From positions 154,192 through 218,191 of the forward strand of contig CALWKD010000004.1 of assembly GCA_944381175.1 (NCBI GenBank): a stretch of DNA of 64,000 nt. The letters run 5' to 3'. Under the pieces are notes generated by a model. The model was not told where the DNA came from and searched no databases. It saw only the letters and a program-made list of their open reading frames with translations. The translations under genes and the position numbers were made by a program. Positions 48,593 through 57,427 of the stretch are shown piece by piece. The number at the start of each line of letters is the position of its first letter. The stretch's first letter is position 1. This stretch comes from an uncultured Clostridia bacterium. GTDB lineage: Bacteria > Bacillota > Clostridia > Christensenellales > UBA1242.

Positions 48593-48714
48593 TTGGTTTG
48601 GGTTTTGTGTCCGCTTTAGATTTATGAGTTTGTAAGAACGAAAAAATTTTTGTAAGAGAATTTTAGGACTAATCAAAATTGTTTAAATGTGCAAAGTAAC
48701 AATAGGAGAAAAGA

Positions 48715-49986
48715 ATGTTTTTAGATAGAGTTAAAATAACTATAAAAGCAGGCAATGGTGGAAAAGGTTCCACTTCTTTTCTTCGCACAAAATTGGTGGC
48801 AAACGGAGGTCCAGACGGTGGAGACGGCGGAAGAGGTGGTCACATCATCTTTAAAGCAACAAACGACCTCAACACGCTTTACTCATTCAGATTTAAGAAA
48901 AAATTCGTCGCTGAAAATGGCGAGGACGGACACCAGAAAAATCAGACAGGAAGAAACGGGAAAGATGAGATAATTCTTGTGCCGACAGGAACGGTGCTTA
49001 TCAATCCAAAGACAAACAAAATCATTGCTGATTTAAATGAGGATGGACAAACATTTTTGGCGTTGAGTGGTGGTCGTGGAGGTCACGGAAACGCTTATTT
49101 TAAGTCCTCAGTCAAACAAGCGCCAAGTTTTTCACAGGCAGGCGAAGTTGTTGAGAGCAAAGAGGTTATTCTTGAACTGAAAACGATTGCTGATGTTGGG
49201 CTTGTTGGGTTTCCAAATGTTGGGAAATCGACCCTTCTGTCCGTTATTTCAAACGCAAACCCAAAAATTGCAAATTATCACTTCACAACCATTTATCCAA
49301 ATCTTGGTGTTTGTGAGGTTTTGGGTGAGACTTTTGTTGTTGCGGATATTCCAGGGTTGATTGAAGGGGCAAGCGACGGAGCAGGTCTTGGACATTACTT
49401 TTTGAAACATATTGAAAGAGTGAGGCTTATTGTGCACTTGGTGGATATTTCAGAAAGTGAGGGAAGAGATGCTGTTGAGGACTACAAAATAATAAACAGC
49501 GAACTTGAAAAATACAACAAATCTCTTGCAAACACAAAGCAGATTGTTGCGTTTTCAAAATGTGACCTACTTGATAAAGACGAACTTGAAAAAAGAATCT
49601 CAAATTTTGTCAATACTTTGAAAATAGATGACTTTGTTTGCATTTCTTCATACACAAGAGAGGGGGTTGAGGAACTTAAGAAAAAGATTTTGGAAAATCT
49701 TAAGAAAATTCCAAAGAAACCTGCCTTGTCTGTTGAGGAGTTTGATTTTGACAAGAAAGATTATTCAAGTATTGAGATTACGAGAGATGATGACGGAAGT
49801 TTTGTGGTCTCAGGCGGGAGAATAGAAAATTTGGCAAGAGGAATAATTATGTCAGACCAATATTCGTTTGCTTATCTCCAAACAAAACTTAAAGAAATGG
49901 GCGTCATTGATATGCTTCTTGAAAGAGGGATGAAAAATGGCGACACTGTCATCATAAAAGATATTGCATTTGAATATGTTGAATAA
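48715..49986 (+). CDS. obg: GTPase Obg/CgtA
   Basis: MFLDRVKITIKAGNGGKG, glycine-rich Obg fold, GFPNVGKST, DIPGLIEGA, and a C-terminal TGS-like OCT domain. Confidence 0.95.
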   Translation: MFLDRVKITIKAGNGGKGSTSFLRTKLVANGGPDGGDGGRGGHIIFKATNDLNTLYSFRFKKKFVAENGEDGHQKNQTGRNGKDEIILVPTGTVLINPKTNKIIADLNEDGQTFLALSGGRGGHGNAYFKSSVKQAPSFSQAGEVVESKEVILELKTIADVGLVGFPNVGKSTLLSVISNANPKIANYHFTTIYPNLGVCEVLGETFVVADIPGLIEGASDGAGLGHYFLKHIERVRLIVHLVDISESEGRDAVEDYKIINSELEKYNKSLANTKQIVAFSKCDLLDKDELEKRISNFVNTLKIDDFVCISSYTREGVEELKKKILENLKKIPKKPALSVEEFDFDKKDYSSIEITRDDDGSFVVSGGRIENLARGIIMSDQYSFAYLQTKLKEMGVIDMLLERGMKNGDTVIIKDIAFEYVE

Positions 49987-50045
49987 TACCATATGTTGTG
50001 TATTACGCATTGCATACCACTTGCATAACACACAATATATTGATT
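49979..50045 (+). repeat. composite box element, locus B
   Basis: TTGAATAATACC-ATATGTT-GTGTATTACGCAT-TGCATACCAC-TTGCATAACACAC-AATATATTG. It starts 5 nt before the obg stop codon. CCATATGTTGTGT is identical to locus C. Confidence 0.7.
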
Positions 50046-50065
50046 TATATAAAAGGAAGTGAATT

Positions 50066-50362
50066 ATGATTACGACAAAGCAAAGAGCATTTTTGAGAGG
50101 GCTTGGAAATGCACTTGAACCTGTTATGCAGATTGGAAAAGAGGGAATGACTGAGAATGTGATAACCAGCGTAAACCTTCTTCTTGAGGCACGAGAACTT
50201 GTCAAGTTTAAGGTCTTGAACAACTGTGATGTTGACGCAAAAACGCTTGCAAACGACCTTGCAAAGATTTTGAAAGCGGATGTTGTGCAGTGCATTGGAA
50301 ATGTCTTTATTCTTTACAAAAAATCAACAAGAAAAAACTTCAAACACATCCAACTCCCATAA
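50066..50362 (+). CDS. yhbY: YhbY/CRM-domain RNA-binding protein
   Basis: TTKQRAFLRGLGNALEPVMQIGKEGMTENV pattern. Confidence 0.85.
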   Translation: MITTKQRAFLRGLGNALEPVMQIGKEGMTENVITSVNLLLEARELVKFKVLNNCDVDAKTLANDLAKILKADVVQCIGNVFILYKKSTRKNFKHIQLP

Positions 50363-50443
50363 AACTCTTGAAAACCTTCCAAATTTACTTGAACCATATT
50401 AATTAAAATATTTTTACTTTAAAACTTCGCAAAAACCGCATTT

Positions 50444-51256
50444 TCAAATTATCTCTTCGTCGTTTTTGAGGTTGAAATGGGTGTTGAATTGGGAGATTAG
50501 TGCAAGAATTATTAGAAGTGACGCCATAAGGCAATAATAGAGTGACGCTCTCACAAAGAGTCCGCAGAGTATCAAAATCAATGCCGAAAGCAAATAGCCC
50601 TTTGTCCTCTTTTTGTTGAGAGAATAGGCAAATAAATCTTTGAATGCCAAACTTTTTTTGTTTGAGTATTTTTTTGTTATTTCGGGATAAATTCCATACA
50701 ACTTGTAAAGTTTTTCGTATGTTTGAAATCTGTCCAAAATCACGAATTTTTCTTCAAAATTATGGAGAAAGCCGAGCAGGTTTTTGTCGGTTATTTCGTA
50801 GCAAGCGATGACAATTTTGCTGGCTTTTTCTTTTTTTAACTTCGCATAAATTTCGCATAGTCTCGGAATGGTGAGCCCTGCAAATGAGCCGTCAAAATAG
50901 AGAAGTGTTTTGACTTTTTCCAACTTGTATTCAATTGCGAGATAATTTTTGTGCTTTGTCACATCGTGATGCTTTGACGATGCCAGTTTATTGAAGAAGT
51001 CCATTGGGTTTGCTGAAAAACTTAAGGACAAAAACATATTTTCTGCATCCTCTTTTTCTTTCAGTTTCAAACCAAATTTAAGTCTTTTTTTCTTGCTCAA
51101 CAAGAAAATCAAGGCGTAGAGTCCAAGTGTTGAGAGAAGCGAAATGAGGCTTGCAAGCCACAATTTTCGCACAAAGAACCTTATCCAAACAAACAAAATA
51201 AGGTAAATCAAAAAGATTTTGAGAAGTTCTTGGAAGATTAGACTGACTTTTTTCAT
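50444..51256 (-). CDS. hypothetical membrane protein (2 TM + soluble domain + 2 TM)
   Basis: TM pairs at both ends flank a soluble core of about 150 aa. Start set at MKKVSLIF (CAT 51254-56). Confidence 0.5.
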   Translation of the reverse strand: MKKVSLIFQELLKIFLIYLILFVWIRFFVRKLWLASLISLLSTLGLYALIFLLSKKKRLKFGLKLKEKEDAENMFLSLSFSANPMDFFNKLASSKHHDVTKHKNYLAIEYKLEKVKTLLYFDGSFAGLTIPRLCEIYAKLKKEKASKIVIACYEITDKNLLGFLHNFEEKFVILDRFQTYEKLYKLYGIYPEITKKYSNKKSLAFKDLFAYSLNKKRTKGYLLSALILILCGLFVRASLYYCLMASLLIILALISQFNTHFNLKNDEEII

Positions 51257-51307
51257 ACAATAATTCTTGACAAAATGCCAAAATTTAATCTTTGAATGCG
51301 ATTTTGG

Positions 51308-51336
51308 TTGACAAATTTGCAAAGGATTGGTAAAAT
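51308..51336 (+). promoter_or_regulatory. sigmaA promoter with TSS predicted on rsfS ATG (leaderless candidate)
   Basis: TTGACA (51308-51313), 17-nt spacer, TAAAAT (51331-51336). ATG 51343 follows 7 nt later and there is no SD. Confidence 0.55.
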
Positions 51337-51342
51337 TTATAT

Positions 51343-51654
51343 ATGTTGGAATTTAAGGAACTTGTGGACCTTCTGCAAGAGAATAAAATTAAAAACATCT
51401 CGGTTTATGACCTCTCTTCACAAACGGAAGAGAAGTTTGTCATTCTTTGCACTTCAAACAAGGTTGCAGACAGCAAGAAAGTTGCAGACTTGATTGCACA
51501 AAAGTATCACTATAACGGCAAAATTGAGGGTTATAACAAAGGCGAGTGGATTGTTTTTGATTTTGTCGGGCTTACACTTCACATCTTTTTGGTTAAGGTG
51601 AGAGAAAAATATAATCTCGACAAACTTTACAAGCCAAAGAAAATTTCCATTTAA
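51343..51654 (+). CDS. rsfS: ribosome silencing factor RsfS
   Basis: DLSSQTEEKFVILCTSN...GEWIVFDFVGLTLHIF...REKYNLDKLY. Confidence 0.9.
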   Translation: MLEFKELVDLLQENKIKNISVYDLSSQTEEKFVILCTSNKVADSKKVADLIAQKYHYNGKIEGYNKGEWIVFDFVGLTLHIFLVKVREKYNLDKLYKPKKISI

Positions 51655-51667
51655 TGAAAAATTCAAA

Positions 51668-51697
51668 AAACAAAGTGTTTTTGCTTTGTTTTTTTTC
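51668..51697 (+). terminator. terminator after rsfS
   Basis: AAACAAAG pairs with CTTTGTTT, followed by a T-run. Confidence 0.7.
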
Positions 51698-51729
51698 TTC
51701 TTTGGGGTATAATCATCTCAGGTGAACAT

Positions 51730-52158
51730 ATGATTGAAATTTGTTTTGTTTGCACTGGAAACACTTGCCGTTCGGTTATGGCGGAGCGAATTGCAAAAAA
51801 AATTGCAAAGGAAAAAGGGCTGAAAGAGGTCAAATTTTCTTCGGCGGGAGTTAAGGCAACAGGCGAAAACATCACTGAAAATGCAAGGTTTGCACTCAAA
51901 TCGCTTGGCTATGACGGAAGAGCAAGAAAGAGTGTTAAACTGAAAAAAATCAAACCAAATTGCTTGTATGTTGCGGTGACAAACGACCACAAAAAATTCG
52001 TAAACTCAAAAAAAGTCATAAGTTTTGAAGACTTGGCAGGAAAAGTTATTGACCCTTATGGACAAGATTTGGAAACTTACACAAAAGCGGCGAAGTTGAT
52101 AGAGAAAAACATCCTTTTGTTGTTTGAGAAAATCGGAAATTTGAGAGGTGAGTTATGA
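51730..52158 (+). CDS. ywlE: low-molecular-weight protein phosphatase (YwlE-like arginine/tyrosine phosphatase)
   Basis: CFVCTGNTCRS (CX5R-S P-loop) and DPYG. Confidence 0.85.
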   Translation: MIEICFVCTGNTCRSVMAERIAKKIAKEKGLKEVKFSSAGVKATGENITENARFALKSLGYDGRARKSVKLKKIKPNCLYVAVTNDHKKFVNSKKVISFEDLAGKVIDPYGQDLETYTKAAKLIEKNILLLFEKIGNLRGEL

Positions 52159-52589
52159 TTATTATGGCAAGCGACCACAGAGGTTATCCTTTGAAGGAGG
52201 AACTCAAGACCTTCTTCAACCAGGAAAACATCATCACAATTGATGTCGGCACTTACAGCAAAGAGCCTGTGGATTATCCTGATTTTGCGAAACTTGGAAT
52301 CGCAAAAATTCTTGAAGATAAAAACAATGTTGGAATATTTATTTGCGGGGCTGGAAACGGAATGTGTATGGCTGCAAACAGAAATCCAAAAATTCGGGCG
52401 GCACTATGTCTCAGCGAAAAAATGGCGATGCTTGCAAGAAAAGACAACGACGCAAATGTGTTGTGCCTCGGGGCGAACTTCATAAAAAAACGAAAAGCAA
52501 TCAAAATTGTCAAAGTCTTTTTGACCACTCCTTTTGAGGGCGGAAGACACGCAAGAAGAATCAAAAAAATTTCAGGAGAGAGCAAATGA
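52155..52589 (+). CDS. rpiB: ribose-5-phosphate isomerase B
   Basis: ASDHRGY, GIFICGAGNGMCMAANR, GARV-like region. ywlE-rpiB adjacency as in B. subtilis. Confidence 0.9.
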   Translation: MIIMASDHRGYPLKEELKTFFNQENIITIDVGTYSKEPVDYPDFAKLGIAKILEDKNNVGIFICGAGNGMCMAANRNPKIRAALCLSEKMAMLARKDNDANVLCLGANFIKKRKAIKIVKVFLTTPFEGGRHARRIKKISGESK

Positions 52590-53758
52590 TAAATATTTTT
52601 GTGCCTATTGTTGAGGATGTTGAGAGGTTTTCGGAGTTCGTTTCAAAGCATACCGAAAACACCACCCATATTTTTGTGGGGATTCGAGCGTCATTAAAGG
52701 ACAAGTTTGTTGTTTCAAACAAAAACATTGAGATTCACGTTTTTGACGACAAAACAAAAAAAGAGGAAATGATAAACAGTCTGCAAAAATGCGAGAGGGA
52801 GAAAGGTGCACTTTTGGTGATTCGTCGTCCGATCAGCGAGGATGAATTTCAATCTTTGACAAACACAACTGCCGACATTGCGACCTTGAAACCTCTTCAA
52901 AACAAGTTTGTCTCTTGGATGAAAAAGGTCACAAAAAGCATCATAAGGAAAGTTTTTGCTTTCAGTTATTTTGACGATATTTCAGCGGTTTATTTCAGCG
53001 AATATTTGCACGAACTCATCTCGTCCTGCCCAAATTTGTCAATGGCAAGTCGAATTGACAAATATGTTGGCATTGAAATTGCGGAGATTGAGACGAGTTT
53101 GAAACCAGCAAAAAAAGATTTCAACAAACTCAAAACCTCACTTGTGCTTGCTGGAGGAATCTTTTTGTTTTTGGCAAGCATTGCCGCAACAGCTTGCATT
53201 TTCGTCTTTGTGAAAAATATAAGAGCGATTTATGTCGTTTTGGTGATTGCGATGCTCTTTGTCACTTTCATTTTGTTTGCAATTTCTCTGGTCAACTTCT
53301 TGAGGACGCTTTCTGTCGGAACTTTGGAATATAATTCTGGCAATGAGATTGAACTCATCAAGCCAGTTTCAATTGAGGAAGAGAAAAGTCTTGAAGAGGA
53401 CAAGCCAAGAAAGCCTCGCACACCGCGAAAGAAAAACAATGCCGAGAAAAACTTGACGGGAGAAGAGGTTTTGGTTTCCACAAGCACAGAAAAGCCAGAG
53501 ACAAAGAGAAAGACGACTGCAAAAAGCGGTTCAAAATCGCAAACTGTGAAAACGGCGAAATCAAGTGGCACAAAAAAGTCAACGGCTCAAACCAAAGAAA
53601 AGGCAAAGAGCGGAACAAAGAGTTCTTCTGCAAAGAGCGTGGCAAAATCATCTGCAACAAAAACCAAATCGGCTCAGACAGGTAAGAATTTGAACAAATC
53701 TGGCAAAACTAGTTCTACAAAGCAAAATTCAAAACAAAATAAAACGAAAAAGGAGTAG
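52586..53758 (+). CDS. hypothetical protein: soluble N-domain + 2 TM + about 120-aa K/S/T-rich basic tail
   Basis: ATG overlaps the rpiB stop. TM helices at about aa 185-235. Tail KSGSKSQTVKTAKSSGTKKSTAQTKEKAKSGTKSSSAKSVAKSSATKTKS... Confidence 0.6.
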   Translation: MINIFVPIVEDVERFSEFVSKHTENTTHIFVGIRASLKDKFVVSNKNIEIHVFDDKTKKEEMINSLQKCEREKGALLVIRRPISEDEFQSLTNTTADIATLKPLQNKFVSWMKKVTKSIIRKVFAFSYFDDISAVYFSEYLHELISSCPNLSMASRIDKYVGIEIAEIETSLKPAKKDFNKLKTSLVLAGGIFLFLASIAATACIFVFVKNIRAIYVVLVIAMLFVTFILFAISLVNFLRTLSVGTLEYNSGNEIELIKPVSIEEEKSLEEDKPRKPRTPRKKNNAEKNLTGEEVLVSTSTEKPETKRKTTAKSGSKSQTVKTAKSSGTKKSTAQTKEKAKSGTKSSSAKSVAKSSATKTKSAQTGKNLNKSGKTSSTKQNSKQNKTKKE

Positions 53759-54772
<1,014 letters not shown>

Positions 54773-54783
54773 AAGGAAATCGA

Positions 54784-55743
54784 ATGAAAAGTCAGTTAAA
54801 CAGGGCGGTTATTGAGGGGTTAAGCGAAAGCACAAACAAAATTTTTGCGGAAAATGTGAATGAAATTGTTTATTCGCTTGTCTCTCAGGCGATGGAAGAG
54901 ATTTCCATAAAATCTCCATTTATCAAGTTGGAAAAGTGCAACCTTATCCCTGTGAACGAGATTTATCTTGGTGCTTTTTGCCAACTTTCTGAATATGACT
55001 ACTTCTTGGGAGTCGAAAACACGCAAATTGAGTTTAATTCCAAGGTCAAAAAGAGCTGGTGGAAATATGTCTGGCGGGAATTTAAAGCCTCTTGGCGTAT
55101 TGGCAGAAAGAAAAAGTATAAGAAGAAAAAGAACGCGGTTGAAGAGACAAAAACTTCTGTCACAGTCGAGAGATACAAGTTGTCTGATTTGCGACACGAT
55201 TTGATGTTTAAGATTGCAGACCAAATCACAGCGACATCAATGGTTTATGAATATCCGCAAAAGTTGAGCATTGTGGGAAGTGATGATTTTGGAACGGGCG
55301 TGAGAATAAACATCTTTGTGACAATCTTTGACTCAAAAACTGGCACTTTCAAACTTTACAAAGAGAACAAAAACCACTTCATTGAGGTCAACTTCGGTCA
55401 GCGTTTTGAGAATCTTGACGAGAAAAGAGAGCAGTGCGGAGAAATTTTTGTGGACATCGCGAGAGTTTTCAACGCACTCTACTCAAAAGCATATGACAGA
55501 ATTCCAAATCAGATTCTTATTGAGAGCCTGCTTTTTGGTTGTCCAAACTCACTTTTTGACGAAAATGATGTATACAAGACTTTTTTGAATATTTCAAATT
55601 ACATCAGAATCAAAGACCCGAGGTCTTTCAAGTCCATTTGTGACCCTTCCAAGTCACTCTTTGACGAACCTTTGATAGTCCGAAGCAATGCTCAGGTTGA
55701 TTTTGGGAAGTTAATCAATATGCTGGACAGATTTAAGTATTAA
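54784..55743 (+). CDS. hypothetical protein with nucleotidyltransferase (OAS/CD-NTase-like) pattern
   Basis: LGAFCQLSEYDYFLGV (GS...DxD-like), later VRINIFVTIFD, then IARVFNALYSK...IPNQILIESLLFGCP (compare OAS PSYALELL). A K-rich insert is present. Motif-level evidence only. Confidence 0.4.
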   Translation: MKSQLNRAVIEGLSESTNKIFAENVNEIVYSLVSQAMEEISIKSPFIKLEKCNLIPVNEIYLGAFCQLSEYDYFLGVENTQIEFNSKVKKSWWKYVWREFKASWRIGRKKKYKKKKNAVEETKTSVTVERYKLSDLRHDLMFKIADQITATSMVYEYPQKLSIVGSDDFGTGVRINIFVTIFDSKTGTFKLYKENKNHFIEVNFGQRFENLDEKREQCGEIFVDIARVFNALYSKAYDRIPNQILIESLLFGCPNSLFDENDVYKTFLNISNYIRIKDPRSFKSICDPSKSLFDEPLIVRSNAQVDFGKLINMLDRFKY

Positions 55744-55803
55744 AATATTCGGTTTTTGTATATTTTTCGACATTTTGCAAATCCTAGAGATAGGAGGAAG
55801 CAA

Positions 55804-55995
55804 ATGAAAGAAATTTGGATGGTTGTTGGTTTTGGTGCTGGACTTGTGACGGGGGCACTTTTATACAAACATTCTCAAGAGGCTAAAAAACTTGTCAACA
55901 AAGGCGAACAAGCCGTGAAGAAAGAAGTTGAAAATATGAAAGAGACCGTCAAATCCCAGAAAAAACCTACTAAATCACAAGCAAAACAAGCATAA
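55804..55995 (+). CDS. YtxH-like small membrane-anchored protein
   Basis: 63 aa with N-terminal GFGAGLVTGAL helix and a K/E-rich amphipathic tail. TAGGAGGAAG SD. Confidence 0.5.
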   Translation: MKEIWMVVGFGAGLVTGALLYKHSQEAKKLVNKGEQAVKKEVENMKETVKSQKKPTKSQAKQA

Positions 55996-56010
55996 TTTGC
56001 TTGTTTTTTA
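55983..56010 (+). terminator. terminator overlapping the stop of the YtxH-like gene
   Basis: AAAACAAGC pairs with GCTTGTTTT, followed by TT. Confidence 0.7.
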
Positions 56011-56138
56011 TGTAAAAATAATCGCGGAATAAAATTGGGAAACTGCAAAAATATGAAAAAAATACGAAATGGAGACGGAATTAGTATATAACAAAGCCTT
56101 TGTGGGTTTATGCAAAATGGTTCTTCCTAAATGCCCTA

Positions 56139-56167
56139 TTGACAGAGAGGCTTTCTTGTGATAAAAT
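56139..56167 (+). promoter_or_regulatory. sigmaA promoter of the 260-aa gene
   Basis: TTGACA (56139-56144), 17-nt spacer, TG-n-TAAAAT (56162-56167). Confidence 0.6.
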
Positions 56168-56194
56168 CTTCTTGAAAGAAGGGGATATTTCAAA

Positions 56195-56977
56195 ATGGAG
56201 AACACGGAAGATAGATTTTTTATTGAGAGTGACAAGAAATCTAGCGAATTAGATAAAAAGGTTTTGTCTATGATAGAAAATGGGCAAAAGTCAGAACTAA
56301 CCGCTTTTTTGAAAGAGAATAATCTTATTCTTCGCTTTCCAGAATGGGAAATAATGAATGTCATTGGCACATTCAACTCAGATTTACGAAATAAAAAAGG
56401 AAATTTGAGGGTCTTGAAATCTTTGAAGAAATACGGACTTTCAAAAGCAAAGATTGAAAACGACGTTTTGAGACTGGAACTAAGAGGAAAGAAAAGCAGT
56501 GCGTATCCAATCAACAATGTCTTTTTAAACACCGATTTTCTTGTGGATTTTTACAGGCGTCAGGGAGAGTGCCACGGCATCTGCCTAACTTTTGCGGAAA
56601 ATGTGAATGTGGACTGCTCCGTTTTGACCGGGTTTAGTTATGGACTCACAAATCAGTCAAAATACTTGCATTCGGTGGTGAAAATGCAGGTCGGAGAGTT
56701 TCCAAGAATTATTGACACAACAATGAATGCGGTTCTTGTTGAAGGGTTCTACAAAGAATTGTTGGGGTTTGAAATTTTGACAGAAGTTCCTCAATCTAAA
56801 ATCAAGGAAGATTGGGCGTTGTTGAAAGCCAATGGCGACACAAACTTAAAAGAATATTTTCTTTACAGAGATGAGTGCGTGAAGAGATTGAGGGAAAGAA
56901 AAGACGGACAAAGTCAAAATGGTGGAATAAAAAGAAGTATTACAATTGAAAATACAAATCAAAAAAACAAGGCTTGA
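56195..56977 (+). CDS. hypothetical protein with transglutaminase/papain-like Cys-His-Asp pattern
   Basis: RRQGECHGICLTF (Cys), about 35 aa later KYLHSVVKM (His), about 13 aa later RIIDTT (Asp). This order and spacing are typical of transglutaminase-like cores. Confidence 0.4.
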   Translation: MENTEDRFFIESDKKSSELDKKVLSMIENGQKSELTAFLKENNLILRFPEWEIMNVIGTFNSDLRNKKGNLRVLKSLKKYGLSKAKIENDVLRLELRGKKSSAYPINNVFLNTDFLVDFYRRQGECHGICLTFAENVNVDCSVLTGFSYGLTNQSKYLHSVVKMQVGEFPRIIDTTMNAVLVEGFYKELLGFEILTEVPQSKIKEDWALLKANGDTNLKEYFLYRDECVKRLRERKDGQSQNGGIKRSITIENTNQKNKA

Positions 56978-56991
56978 AACCTTGTTTTTTT
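56961..56991. terminator. bidirectional terminator shared by the 260-aa gene (+) and the SRP RNA (-)
   Basis: AAACAAGG pairs with CCTTGTTT, flanked by A7 and T8 runs. Confidence 0.7.
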
Positions 56992-57263
56992 CATTACTGG
57001 GCGAATGCTTCGTCACAACCTAACTGCTTGCCTTACAGCGTCCAAACTCCACCAAAGTTTCCTTATGGCACATCGACTGATCTCCTTAGTGATGCTTCCG
57101 TCAGGACCTGACACGGTTCGGAGGAGCCGATTGCATAAGACCTTAATTTCATCGTCTGAAAACTGCACACATTTTCAACCAGATTGCACCTAAGCAAGCG
57201 TTCGACCCTGCTGTAGCAGATTGCAGGTCACAGGGCACTGCTAACTCCCCGTCTAGCCCAGTG
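56992..57263 (-). ncRNA. ffs: signal recognition particle RNA, long Bacillus-type (about 270 nt)
   Basis: Minus strand contains GUGUCAGGUCCUGACGGAAGCAUCACUAAGG (domain IV motif GUCAGGUCC...GGAAGCA). 5' CACUGGGC pairs with 3' GCCCAGUA. GC-rich island with its own promoter and terminator. Confidence 0.85.
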
Positions 57264-57268
57264 TGAAT

Positions 57269-57297
57269 ATTATATGAATTTCAAAGCAATTTGTCAA
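57269..57297 (-). promoter_or_regulatory. sigmaA promoter of the SRP RNA
   Basis: Minus strand: TTGACA (57292-57297), 17-nt spacer, TATAAT (57269-57274). TSS is predicted about 6 nt before CACUGGGC. Confidence 0.7.
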
Positions 57298-57380
57298 GCA
57301 TTTTGTTGGCGAAAAAGAATTTGCCAATTTTTTCATTATGTCAAAGTTACAAAATATGACAGATTGTGGCATTATATTTC

Positions 57381-57410
57381 CCATACACGCGTGCTTTGAA
57401 ATCATACAAT
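57381..57410 (+). promoter_or_regulatory. candidate sigmaE-type promoter of the spoIIIA operon
   Basis: Exact -10 CATACAAT (57403-57410). An ATA-containing CCATACA lies 15 nt upstream. AAGGAAGGGAG SD and ATG 57428 lie downstream. Confidence 0.45.
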
Positions 57411-57427
57411 GCGTTAAGGAAGGGAGT

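Noticed and set aside
54784-56977. CBASS-like defence operon (NTase-like + small TM protein + Cys-His-Asp protein)
   Set aside because: The NTase motifs are degenerate. The 63-aa protein looks like a generic YtxH protein without a nucleotide-sensing domain. The third gene has its own promoter and terminator. The block is embedded in housekeeping genes directly after gap. The evidence for a defence system is insufficient.
57005-57193. 62-aa plus-strand ORF
   Set aside because: It lies inside the minus-strand SRP RNA gene. The GC-rich structured RNA explains the open frame.
57338-57427. 30-codon N-terminal extension of spoIIIAA in the ORF track
   Set aside because: It contains the candidate sigmaE -10 and the strong SD for ATG 57428. 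It also has no SD of its own.
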